A stretch of 64,000 bases of DNA, taken from assembly GCA_040220135.1 (NCBI GenBank), contig JAVJTT010000025.1, positions 106,146 to 170,145 on the forward strand, given 5' to 3'. The notes under the pieces are model-generated. The model saw only the letters and a list, made by a program, of their open reading frames with translations, made no database searches and was not told the origin of the DNA. The DNA is from Vicingaceae bacterium (GTDB lineage Bacteria > Bacteroidota > Bacteroidia > Flavobacteriales_E > Vicingaceae). Each line of letters opens with the position of its first letter. Positions within the stretch are counted from its first letter, which is position 1. Of the stretch, positions 41,851 through 50,762 are shown in pieces. The translations under genes and the position numbers were made by a program.

Positions 41851-42828
41851 CTAAACTTCTTTATAAATGGCAACTTTTATTGCTTCTCCTTGCCTAACTA
41901 CTCCCCTGTACATTCCTTCAGTATTAAAGCAGATGCTGTAATTACCTTTGCTGTCAAGAGCAATTAAACCGGCTTCAGCTTGTTGATCATTCAACTTTTT
42001 ATGAATGACATAATTCACTGCTTCCTCCAAAGAATACTTTTTATACTCCATCAATGCAGCAACATCATAAGCCACTACATTTTTTATGAAATACTCTCCA
42101 TGTCCGGTGCAAGATACCGCGCATGTGTTATTATTAGCATAAGTTCCGGCCCCAATAATTGGTGTATCTCCAATCCTTCCAAACTTTTTATTGGTCATTC
42201 CTCCGGTAGATGTAGCCGCCGCTATGTTACCTTCTAAATCTAGGGCCACTGCACCTACAGTACCTAACTTCAAGCCTCCATTTTCAACGGTAGCTGTAGC
42301 ACTTTTGTGTTCTCCACTATGGTCTAACCAAACTCCCTGACTTTCTTTAGCCAGTTGCAGCTGGTCCCACCTATCATCTGAACGAAAGTATTCATCATCC
42401 TCAAATTTGCAATGATGTTGAAGGGCAAACTGTTCCGCCCCTTTTCCCATAAGCAAGATGTGTCCTGATTCTTGTAAAACTTTCAAAGCAGCACTAATGG
42501 GGTTTTTAATATTACACACTCCCGCAACAGCACCGGCATCTAGGTTTTTTCCATCCATGATAGATGCGTCCATTTCAATCTTTCCTTCATGGGTGAAAAC
42601 AGAACCTTTTCCTGCATTAAATAATATCGAGTCTTCCATTACCTTAATGGCAGCTTCAGTTGCTTCTAAGGCGGTTCCATTCTTTTGTAAAACCATTTCC
42701 CCTCTTGTCAGGGCAAGCGTTAAAACTTGTTTATAAGCAAGTTCTTTTTCCGCATTCATATTCTCTTTGAGAATGGTTCCTACTCCACCATGAATGGCTA
42801 AGAGGTACTTTGGGGCTTTATTTTTCAA
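41851..42828 (-). CDS. iaaA: Isoaspartyl dipeptidase / plant-type L-asparaginase (Ntn hydrolase)
   Basis: LAIHGGVGT and the GTVGAVALDLEGNIAAATSTGGMTNK autoprocessing/nucleophile Thr motif. Confidence 0.9.
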   Translation of the reverse strand: MKNKAPKYLLAIHGGVGTILKENMNAEKELAYKQVLTLALTRGEMVLQKNGTALEATEAAIKVMEDSILFNAGKGSVFTHEGKIEMDASIMDGKNLDAGAVAGVCNIKNPISAALKVLQESGHILLMGKGAEQFALQHHCKFEDDEYFRSDDRWDQLQLAKESQGVWLDHSGEHKSATATVENGGLKLGTVGAVALDLEGNIAAATSTGGMTNKKFGRIGDTPIIGAGTYANNNTCAVSCTGHGEYFIKNVVAYDVAALMEYKKYSLEEAVNYVIHKKLNDQQAEAGLIALDSKGNYSICFNTEGMYRGVVRQGEAIKVAIYKEV

Positions 42829-43012
42829 TATGTCATAGGGCGTAAGCGGTAAATGTAGATGAAATTATGCTAGCATTTTACATTAGTTTACTTCTTGAGT
42901 TAGCACTCTGATTAAAAATCTTACCTTTATTAAATTCTCATAAAAACAATTCCAAAACCTTAGAGCCTTTTCATGGCTTTTATTTCCTTTTCACTTACTA
43001 AATAAACTTATT

Positions 43013-43570
43013 ATGAAGTTATTTATTAAATACATGGTAAGCTTAAGGTGTAAGCTAATGGTGAAAGAGGAACTAAAAAAACTTGGCTTGCATTATGTCA
43101 TAGTTGATCTGGGAATGGTAGAAATATTGGAAGATATAACAGAAGAGCAAAAAATCAAGTTAAAGGCGAACTTACTAAAATCAGGTCTTGAATTACTGGA
43201 TGACAAAAAAAGCATTCTAATTGAAAAGATAAAGACGGTAATTATTGAAATGATCCACTACTCAGATGAGTTCGCTGATATTAATTATTCAGATTATATC
43301 AGTGAAAAAGTGGGTTATGATTACACCTATCTTTCTAATATATTTTCAGAGGTAAAGGGAATGACCATTCAACACTTTATTATCATTCATAAGATTGAAA
43401 AAGTGAAAGAATTATTGTTGTATGATGAATTATCGCTTTCTGAAATTTCTTATAAGCTCAATTATAGCAGTGTTGCTCATTTATCCAATCAGTTTAAAAA
43501 AATAACCGGTTTAACTCCTAGTTTTTTCAAGAAATTAAAGGCAAAACGCCAAAATTTAGAAGACCTGTAA
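43013..43570 (+). CDS. AraC-family (HTH_18) transcriptional regulator
   Basis: C-terminal LSEISYKLNYSSVAHLSNQFKKITGLTPSFFKK. Confidence 0.8.
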   Translation: MKLFIKYMVSLRCKLMVKEELKKLGLHYVIVDLGMVEILEDITEEQKIKLKANLLKSGLELLDDKKSILIEKIKTVIIEMIHYSDEFADINYSDYISEKVGYDYTYLSNIFSEVKGMTIQHFIIIHKIEKVKELLLYDELSLSEISYKLNYSSVAHLSNQFKKITGLTPSFFKKLKAKRQNLEDL

Positions 43571-43656
43571 CCAACTGTGAGTTAGAAAATGTAAGGGCCG
43601 ATTGGGAAAATTACCTTCATAATTCTTACCACTGCTATTGTCTTTATCATAGTTTT

Positions 43657-43923
43657 TCATGAATTTCTAATTTGATCAAGTAATAGTTCTTTCTTCTCTA
43701 GATATTCTTCCTTACTAATTTCACCTAAAGCAAGTCTCCTTTTCAAAATTTCAAGGGGCATTTCATTAAAGCTTCGTTGTCCGGGAAAACGGTACGGAAT
43801 AGCATAAATCCAAAATATAACCAGACCCCAAACTACCCACCATATAAGGTGCATGCCCCAAAAATGATAACCTTCATACATATCCATAACACAACTTTTA
43901 AGTTTAGTATTGGTAAAATTCAT
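43657..43923 (-). CDS. SHOCT-domain small membrane protein
   Basis: A TM-like segment WGMHLIWWVVWGLVIFWIYAI followed by LEILKRRLALGEISKEEYLEKKELL (SHOCT pattern). Confidence 0.65.
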   Translation of the reverse strand: MNFTNTKLKSCVMDMYEGYHFWGMHLIWWVVWGLVIFWIYAIPYRFPGQRSFNEMPLEILKRRLALGEISKEEYLEKKELLLDQIRNS

Positions 43924-44282
43924 CTATTAAACGATGAATCACATTATAGCTCAGTGCCTATTATTTGCATAATTGACAGTTATATGAAGAAATAAATGGA
44001 AGATTTACTTTTACTTAAAAGCCCTTAAATATGTAATTTATATAATTCAAGATGGAAATTCTATAACAACTTTGATTTATTGCAGGAGTAACTTTGCCTT
44101 AATAAGTTTCCCGAAAGCAATTTTGAATAGATTAAGTAGGGAAAAAAAGGATAGAATTTAGACTACAGAAGCTGCTCATATTAGTTAAAAGCTCAAGTAC
44201 GTCATAGTCCTGATGCTGAAAACTCCAGAAGTGAAAGAATAACTCCTTCTTCAGTACTAAAACCAGAGCATTTCATCCTTTT

Positions 44283-44313
44283 AGCACTATGCATTGTCAT
44301 AGTGCTTTTTTTA
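44283..44313 (+). terminator. Orphan rho-independent terminator-like hairpin
   Basis: AGCACTATG (44283-44291) / CATAGTGCT (44298-44306) followed by TTTTTTT. There is no annotated plus-strand gene upstream. Confidence 0.45.
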
Positions 44314-44437
44314 TTGAACCCGAATTATGCAATAGAAGTTCACAATAAGTGAACGAACTATTGCATCCATGAAGGTTAATCCCGATTTAGAGATTCACAA
44401 AAATGGAGAAAGCCATTTTGGATGAAACTCTTTATCG

Positions 44438-44475
44438 CTATGCATTAGAAATTGATATCAATTTCTAATGCATAG
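44438..44475. promoter_or_regulatory. 38-bp perfect palindrome upstream of the porin-family gene
   Basis: CTATGCATTAGAAATTGAT|ATCAATTTCTAATGCATAG has perfect dyad symmetry. It ends 134 nt before the ATG at 44609. Confidence 0.5.
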
Positions 44476-44608
44476 GGTTTAGTGATAACAGATACTACGA
44501 AAAGTAAAAGATATAACAATTAGCGACATTTCTGTAACAACCTAATTTACAATGACCTTTACTTTTGATCTGTTGTAAAAATTCATTTACAGTTTAATAA
44601 TCAAAAAG

Positions 44609-45247
44609 ATGAAATGCATCATAATTTCAAGTTTAGCACTGCTGCTTTTTAGCAGTCCAATCATGGCACAAAAAGACTATAGTGATCTAAGAGAAGATAT
44701 GACCTTTGGATTAAAAGCAGGTATTAACTATGCTAACGTATGGGATGAGAAAGGTCAGGATTTTCAAGCCGACCCAAGAGTTGGTTTCGCCGGTGGCCTA
44801 TTTGCCAGTATTCCAATCAATAAATATTTAGGCATTCAACCGGAAGCCTTGATTTCTCAAAAAGGCTATGAAGGATCCGGAACTATCTTAGGTTCTCGAT
44901 ATACCTCCTCAAGAACTACCACTTACTTGGATATTCCACTACAATTGCAATTTAAACCAAGCGAGTTTATCACCCTTGTTGCAGGCCCACAATATTCTTA
45001 TTTGCTAAAGCAAAAAGACAAGTACACTTTTGGTCCTAATAGCACTGAACAAGAGCAAGAGTTTGACAATGACAATATTAGAGACAATACGCTAGGCTTT
45101 GTAGCTGGTGTAGATTTAATGATGAAACAAGTGGTTTTCTCTGCTCGTGCCGGATGGGACTTACAAAATAACCATGGAGATGGAAACTCTTCTACCCCAA
45201 GGTATAAAAATCAGTGGTTACAATTTACTTTAGGGTTTGTTATTTAA
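44609..45247 (+). CDS. Outer-membrane beta-barrel (porin family / OMP_b-brl_2) protein
   Basis: Signal peptide present. GLKAGINYANV...GFAGGLFASIP...YLDIPLQLQFKP...LQFTLGFVI, with a terminal aromatic/hydrophobic strand. Confidence 0.75.
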   Translation: MKCIIISSLALLLFSSPIMAQKDYSDLREDMTFGLKAGINYANVWDEKGQDFQADPRVGFAGGLFASIPINKYLGIQPEALISQKGYEGSGTILGSRYTSSRTTTYLDIPLQLQFKPSEFITLVAGPQYSYLLKQKDKYTFGPNSTEQEQEFDNDNIRDNTLGFVAGVDLMMKQVVFSARAGWDLQNNHGDGNSSTPRYKNQWLQFTLGFVI

Positions 45248-45663
45248 ACAATACTAGCTTAATTTCTGCTGCTAAACATTCCTTTGAAACTGTTTAAAAC
45301 CAGTGATTAGGAGTGTTTTTTTTTAGTAAATGCAACTTTTTGCAAAAGTGTGATTCTTGCAATTTTTGTCTTAGGTAATGTAACTTCAGCAATAAAGCAG
45401 AATCTCACTTTTGCAAAAATAAAAAAGGACAAAATCATGACCATCAATTCTCTCTTGAACGATAAGGTTTTTCATCTTGAGACAAGCATAAATTCCGGTT
45501 CAAGGTATATAAAATTAAAAACCACAAAATTGTTAAGTTTTAAACTTCCTCTATCTGAGCAGTTGTTAAACCCTGAAAAACAGAAAAGTTCAGAATTAAT
45601 AATTCCGAAACTAGGAAGGGTAAAACTGAAAATTGTATCTAGAAGAAATTTAAAACCTATGTT

Positions 45664-45849
45664 ATGGAAATAGTAAGAAGCTGGAGAGAACAAAAGATCA
45701 TGTTAAAAGATAGATTCGCCAATTTGCGTGATGCAGATTTTGAGTTTAAAGAAGGATACAAAGAGCTTATGTTAGATCGACTTGCTTTGAAACTAAAAAA
45801 AACGAGAGCAGAGTTAAAATTGCTATTTGCTGAATTGCAGACTTATTGA
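45664..45849 (+). CDS. Small CsbD-like stress protein (tentative)
   Basis: 61 aa. W.EQK..LKDRFANLRDADFEFKEGYKELMLDRLALKLKKTRAEL loosely follows the CsbD pattern. Confidence 0.35.
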   Translation: MEIVRSWREQKIMLKDRFANLRDADFEFKEGYKELMLDRLALKLKKTRAELKLLFAELQTY

Positions 45850-46570
45850 TCAAAAAAAACATCTCTACTATCAATTAGCTTTAGCAAAGCTATTGCTTTA
45901 ATATGCTAAAATTATCAAGTAAATACGTTACTTTAAACAATAACTTGAAGGGAAATTGCTAGGAGCATCCAACTCTACCAAATCAGGTTTTTCGTGAGTG
46001 GCATCCAATTTCACCTTTGGAGCCAATCCGGCTGCTAGCGCCTCTTTCCATCTTAAAACGTAGAAACACCAAAAGTCGCTAGTTTATAATCCTAGAAATT
46101 GATACTCGGAACGAGGAGTAAAAAGGTCATTGCCATTTAAATTGGTATAGGCTATAAACTCTTCAGTTAATTATGCACAAACGTCTCTGTAAGAACTTCC
46201 AATCTCTAATTTGAAGGTTTTTCTCTGTCGGGGTGGCAGTCAAAAGTTCGAACTTTTTTGAAGGAGGACATGGAGTTGATATCCTCAATAAATCAAGATA
46301 TTAAACACTTTTAGGAGTATACAAAAACTGAACTATAATAATCTAAGAACACTATTTCTTGCCCCTTCCCATGAATGCAACTTCTATTAACTGATTTAAA
46401 CCCTTTGATACAATACTTTTCTAAATAGTACCCCATTAAATAAATTAGATCTACTCGGTTAATTCCAGTCTGATTACTATCAGCGTAAAGGGTGACAATA
46501 CTCATGTTTTTAATTCTTGCAATTCCACACCTTTGATGTATAATTAAAGGGCTTTTAACCAAAAAAATAT

Positions 46571-47086
46571 ATGGAATCGATAAAGTCAATAGACGAGTTA
46601 ATAGAATTATTAAAAAAGAAAAATGCAAATGATAGTTATTTAGATATCATGCAGTCTATTGATATTCCGATTGGAGAATTTGAAAAGTATTATTCATGGA
46701 AAAGAGATGGGTATACAAGAAATTGCTTGACTAAAACAGATGATTTTGAATTACTATTGATCTGTTATGAAAAAGGTCAGGAAACTCCCATTCATGATTT
46801 TGATGCGAAACAAACATGGATTCATACCCTACAAGGTAAGTTATGTGAAGAGCGTTTTAGAGTGTCTGAAGACGGAAGCAGCTTAGAACAATTAAGCTCA
46901 ATGACTCTAGGCACCAATGACTATTCCTTTATGAGTAAAGTTGGAATACACCGCTATAAAAATGTATACGAAGCAAGAACCGTGTCGTTAAACCTTTATT
47001 GCAAACCGATTGAACATTGGACACAATACGATGAGAACGCACAAAGGACTGATGTAAAGGTAGGTCATGACTCTGTTTACGTATAA
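46571..47086 (+). CDS. Cupin, cysteine-dioxygenase-like protein (tentative)
   Basis: 171 aa. FELLLICYEKGQETPIHDFDAKQTWIHTLQGKLCEERF resembles the CDO-type cupin motif, but with HDF instead of HDH. Confidence 0.4.
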   Translation: MESIKSIDELIELLKKKNANDSYLDIMQSIDIPIGEFEKYYSWKRDGYTRNCLTKTDDFELLLICYEKGQETPIHDFDAKQTWIHTLQGKLCEERFRVSEDGSSLEQLSSMTLGTNDYSFMSKVGIHRYKNVYEARTVSLNLYCKPIEHWTQYDENAQRTDVKVGHDSVYV

Positions 47087-47097
47087 AAATAAATAAG

Positions 47098-47505
47098 ATG
47101 CAAAACAAAATGAAAACAGGAATTTGGATAGATTTCGATAAGGCTTACATTATTGAGCTTGATAAGAATAAAGAAGGAATTAAAAAGATTGATTCAAACA
47201 TAGAACATTTTCACCTTCATGGCGGCTCTCGCTCTAAAATGGCATACGGACCACAGGATAATGTTTCAGAAAGCAAGCTATTGGCGAGAAATCAGCAACA
47301 GCAGAAATCTTTTTACAAAACAGTAATTAATCAAATTAATGCTAAGGCCAACATCGTTGTTTTTGGACCTGCTGAGGCAAAAGTCAATTTAAAGAAAGCG
47401 ATTTTAAATGTGCAGGCTTTCAAAGATAAGAATATCCCTGTGGAGGCTTGCGACAGTATGACGGAGAATCAGATGAAGGCTTGGGTAAGAAATTATACTC
47501 CATAA
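47098..47505 (+). CDS. Hypothetical protein
   Basis: 135-aa ORF 11 nt after the previous gene. No confident motif. Confidence 0.5.
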   Translation: MQNKMKTGIWIDFDKAYIIELDKNKEGIKKIDSNIEHFHLHGGSRSKMAYGPQDNVSESKLLARNQQQQKSFYKTVINQINAKANIVVFGPAEAKVNLKKAILNVQAFKDKNIPVEACDSMTENQMKAWVRNYTP

Positions 47506-47700
47506 GATGTATTGTTCCGAGTTTGAAGTTATCGAAATAAAGAATGGGATGTTCTCTTTTCAATTCTTGTACAAAAATGATTAACAAATTTTCAATAGCA
47601 AGACTTTTGACTCTTTGCATGATTGTCACGAAACAATCGCAAAAGTTAGAGTTAGGGCGAGAAACACCCACCTTTCGGCCACTCAAATAAAACAATTGTT

Positions 47701-48552
47701 ATGAATAAGATATTATTTCCTACCGATTTTTCTGAAAATGCTCATCATGCCTTTCGATTTGCAAAAATGATGGCAAGAGCTAAAAAAGCAAAACTAATTT
47801 TGATTTATGCCTATAATTTGCCACTCGCTGCTCCCGTAAATGCATTCACTTCGAGAGAACAGACGTTGAATTTAATTGAACAAGATTTAAGAGATGTCGC
47901 ACAGAAACATATGAAGGTTTACACGGATGAATTGGACTTGATGGAAGACCCTTATGACCTTATAATAAAGGAGGGCATGGCTGTTGAAAAGATTGCCAAA
48001 TTCTGTAGAAAAGAAACAATAGACCTCATCGTAATGGGTACCAAAGGGCAAACTGACCATAGAGGTTTTCTAATGGGAAGTGTTACGGCTAAGCTGATTG
48101 AAAAAGTAAGTATTCCTCTGTTGGCTATACCTGATTCGGTAGAGATTCGACCATTCAGAAAAATTGTTTTTGCTAGCGATTTATTATTCAATTCTTCAGA
48201 AGAGATTCAAAAAGCCATGAATTTTGCCAAACTAAATAAAAGCAGCTTAACTTTCTTGCACATTAAAACAGACTCTGAAAAAGAAGAAAATGACTTGAGT
48301 GAATTAAAACACAATATAAAACGCAACAGAGATCAGAATATACAAGTAGTAGAGATTTTAGCCGATACGGTTGTACATGGTATTGATACTTACCTACAAG
48401 AAAACAAAACAGACTTGTTGATGCTATGTAATCACACCAAGTCCTTTTTTGAAAAGCTATTTCATAAGAGTATCAGCAAGCAAATGGTACTGCACAGCAA
48501 AGTTCCTTTGCTCATATTTAGTAAAGAAATTCATCCTATCGTTTTTTTCTAA
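47701..48552 (+). CDS. Universal stress protein (tandem USP domains)
   Basis: MNKILFPTDFSENAHHAF..., DLIVMGTKGQT...GSVT..L and a second half with LLMLCNHTKSFFEKLFHKSISKQMVLHSKVPLLIF. Confidence 0.85.
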   Translation: MNKILFPTDFSENAHHAFRFAKMMARAKKAKLILIYAYNLPLAAPVNAFTSREQTLNLIEQDLRDVAQKHMKVYTDELDLMEDPYDLIIKEGMAVEKIAKFCRKETIDLIVMGTKGQTDHRGFLMGSVTAKLIEKVSIPLLAIPDSVEIRPFRKIVFASDLLFNSSEEIQKAMNFAKLNKSSLTFLHIKTDSEKEENDLSELKHNIKRNRDQNIQVVEILADTVVHGIDTYLQENKTDLLMLCNHTKSFFEKLFHKSISKQMVLHSKVPLLIFSKEIHPIVFF

Positions 48553-48628
48553 AGAGTAATATATCAATTAAACGACAGCTTGATTAATAAGTAAATGTCT
48601 CATATTCAATAAATAATAAACAAACAAA

Positions 48629-49225
48629 ATGGATTTAAAAAGAAAATTAAACGATTGGAAATCGCAAGCAGAATCATTAAAACTGCAAATGCACTTAGGG
48701 AAAAAAGAGGCTGAAGATGCTTTTGAAGAGAAAAAGAAAGAGATGTCTGATTGGTTAGATGAGGTTAGCGATGATATAAAGGACTTACAGAAAGAAAGCC
48801 AAGAAGACCTTAGGGGTTTAAGATCAAAAGTGGAGAGCTTGCAATTGCAACTTGCTTTAAAAAAGGCAGATAGTTTAGATCAATTAAAAGAAAATCAAAA
48901 GACAATAAATAATGGCTTTAATGACCTTAAATATGAATTAAATAAAAGCATTGAAAATGGGAAAGATAACCTTAAAAAATGGGCAGACTTAACCGAACAT
49001 AAAGTAGATCAATATCACTCTAGGTTTGATTTGTTCAGGCTTCAATTAAGCTTAGGCATGATGGAAGGAGAAGATAAGTTTGAAGAAAAAAGAAAAGAGG
49101 TTGTCAGTAAAATTTCTGAGTTCAAACAAAAACTTGAAAGTTTGGAAAATAAAGCAGACCTAAAATGGGGTAACTTTAAAAATGAAATTGGTTCTGCTTG
49201 GGATCATGTAAAAAAAGCATTTTAA
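48629..49225 (+). CDS. Hypothetical coiled-coil protein with internal repeats
   Basis: 198 aa. Repeated LKLQMHLGKKEAEDAFEEKKKEM / FRLQLSLGMMEGEDKFEEKRKEV / LQLQLALKKADSLDQLKENQ. Confidence 0.6.
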   Translation: MDLKRKLNDWKSQAESLKLQMHLGKKEAEDAFEEKKKEMSDWLDEVSDDIKDLQKESQEDLRGLRSKVESLQLQLALKKADSLDQLKENQKTINNGFNDLKYELNKSIENGKDNLKKWADLTEHKVDQYHSRFDLFRLQLSLGMMEGEDKFEEKRKEVVSKISEFKQKLESLENKADLKWGNFKNEIGSAWDHVKKAF

Positions 49226-49238
49226 AAGAATAAAGATT

Positions 49239-49385
49239 ATGATACAGCATTGGGTATTGAGTAATCACACCAAAACCTTTTTTGAAAAGTTATTTCATAA
49301 GAGTGATAGCAAGCAAATGATACTGCACAGCAAAGTTCCTATACTCATTTTCAGTAAAGCGATTTATCGCATCTTATTTTACTAA
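49239..49385 (+). pseudogene. Relic of the 3' end of a USP gene
   Basis: 49261-49359 aligns to 48428-48526 with ~11 mismatches in 99 nt by hand. It reads SNHTKTFFEKLFHKSDSKQMILHSKVPILIFSK, and its TAA overlaps the ATG at 49385 (TAATG). Confidence 0.55.
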
Positions 49386-49837
49386 TGCCTTCGATTAAAA
49401 CTTTGAATGATAGAGTTGATGCTCTGAATTATTCGGTTGAAGAACTTATTCTATTCTTTAAACAGCAGATTAACTTTCAACAATATGTTTACCCTAAATG
49501 GACAATGAAAGATGTCTTAGGACACTTAACTTTTTGGCATGAAAGCTTTGCTAGTAATGTAGAAGACTTGTACCATGAAAGAAAACCATGTCCACTTTCA
49601 GGAAAGCTCTCTGAAGTAAACAAAAGAAGCGTTGAGAGCAACCGGAATACTTCTATTTCAACACTCATTAAACGCTTAAAAACTGCACAAAATAGCCTTA
49701 AAAAGCATATCCATTGTAAGCATATTGATATGATTCCCTACAAGAAAGGATCAAGAGATTATTCTAAGGAAGAACATTTAGAGCTTGTTCAGCATCATAT
49801 TCAAAAGCACTTAAAAGATTTGAAAACTGCTGTTTAA
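49385..49837 (+). CDS. DinB/ClbS-like four-helix-bundle protein (tentative)
   Basis: 150 aa. WTMKDVLGHLTFWHESFASNVEDL resembles the DinB/DfsB pattern. Confidence 0.35.
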   Translation: MPSIKTLNDRVDALNYSVEELILFFKQQINFQQYVYPKWTMKDVLGHLTFWHESFASNVEDLYHERKPCPLSGKLSEVNKRSVESNRNTSISTLIKRLKTAQNSLKKHIHCKHIDMIPYKKGSRDYSKEEHLELVQHHIQKHLKDLKTAV

Positions 49838-49871
49838 GTTCATCTTTGAATTCAAACAATAATTCCAAACT

Positions 49872-50762
49872 TCAATCAACTCCTTCCTCCTCCAAACTAA
49901 TCGAGAAGTCACCTTTTTCTTCTTTTGCCTGATGAAAAACCAAAGCAGGAATTTGAATGCCATCCAACACTTTTCTTGTAAAACTTTTGTGAAATAGATC
50001 TTCGAACCAATTCCTATGATGGGTAGACATGATGACCATATCCGCCTCTTTCTCAATCATCTTTTCTACCAAGCCATCCAATTTATCGGAATAGACCAAT
50101 CGCTCGAAATGAAACCGATAATTAAGGTCTGCTTCATCTTCAAATAGATCTTTAAAGGCACGAAATACTTCTTTACTGGTTTCGCTCTCCTTTTTGCTTA
50201 AATGCAGAAAGGTAATTTTAGAATCAAAAGTTCGAATTAAGCCCTTTGCTAACTTTGCATCGCTTAAGGAGTAATCGGTAGCAAAAACGATATTGTCCAC
50301 TTTCTTGAAAGAATAGCCCTCCGGTATAATCATAACCGGACACTCCACCTCTTTAATGATTCGATAGCTGTTAGTGCCAAAAAAGAATTGGTGCATGTTG
50401 TCAATCCCATTGGTCCCGGCAATCATTAAATCAAAGTTTTTACCATCTGTATAATGAGCTAAGGTTTTCTCTAAGCTTTCAATACTTGTACCCACAAAAT
50501 AACCACAGGGTATAGCGTATTCTTCCTTAATTTCTTCACACCAATCCTGTAAAATTTCTGACAATTCCTTTTGCTTTCTGCCTATGGCATTGGGGAAATT
50601 AGACTTTGAGGGCATTTCATGTATAATTGGAAGCTCATACATGTTCCAAAGGGTTAAAGAAGCATTTAGCTCTTTGGATAGCTTTGCGGCGTATTCCATT
50701 GCATTGGTTGACGATTCTGAAAAATCTATGGGGCAAAGTATTTTCTTTATTCTACTTCTCAT
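49872..50762 (-). CDS. Universal stress protein (tandem USP domains)
   Basis: IKKILCPIDFSESSTNAMEYA..., DLMIAGTNG..., ADMVIMSTHHRNWFEDLFHKSFTRKVL..IQIPALVF. Confidence 0.85.
   Translation of the reverse strand: MRSRIKKILCPIDFSESSTNAMEYAAKLSKELNASLTLWNMYELPIIHEMPSKSNFPNAIGRKQKELSEILQDWCEEIKEEYAIPCGYFVGTSIESLEKTLAHYTDGKNFDLMIAGTNGIDNMHQFFFGTNSYRIIKEVECPVMIIPEGYSFKKVDNIVFATDYSLSDAKLAKGLIRTFDSKITFLHLSKKESETSKEVFRAFKDLFEDEADLNYRFHFERLVYSDKLDGLVEKMIEKEADMVIMSTHHRNWFEDLFHKSFTRKVLDGIQIPALVFHQAKEEKGDFSISLEEEGVD

Noticed and set aside
45350-45673. 107-aa ORF (GTG start) upstream of the CsbD-like gene.
   Set aside because: It has a non-ATG start in an A+T-rich region, low-complexity K/L/S-rich sequence and no motif. 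An internal ATG at 45437 with a 10-nt overlap to the next gene keeps it barely plausible, but not enough to call.
46311-47695. Minus-strand ORFs 46311..46628 and 47420..47695.
   Set aside because: Both overlap the starts or ends of better-supported plus-strand genes, use weak starts (TTG for the second) and have no recognisable motifs.
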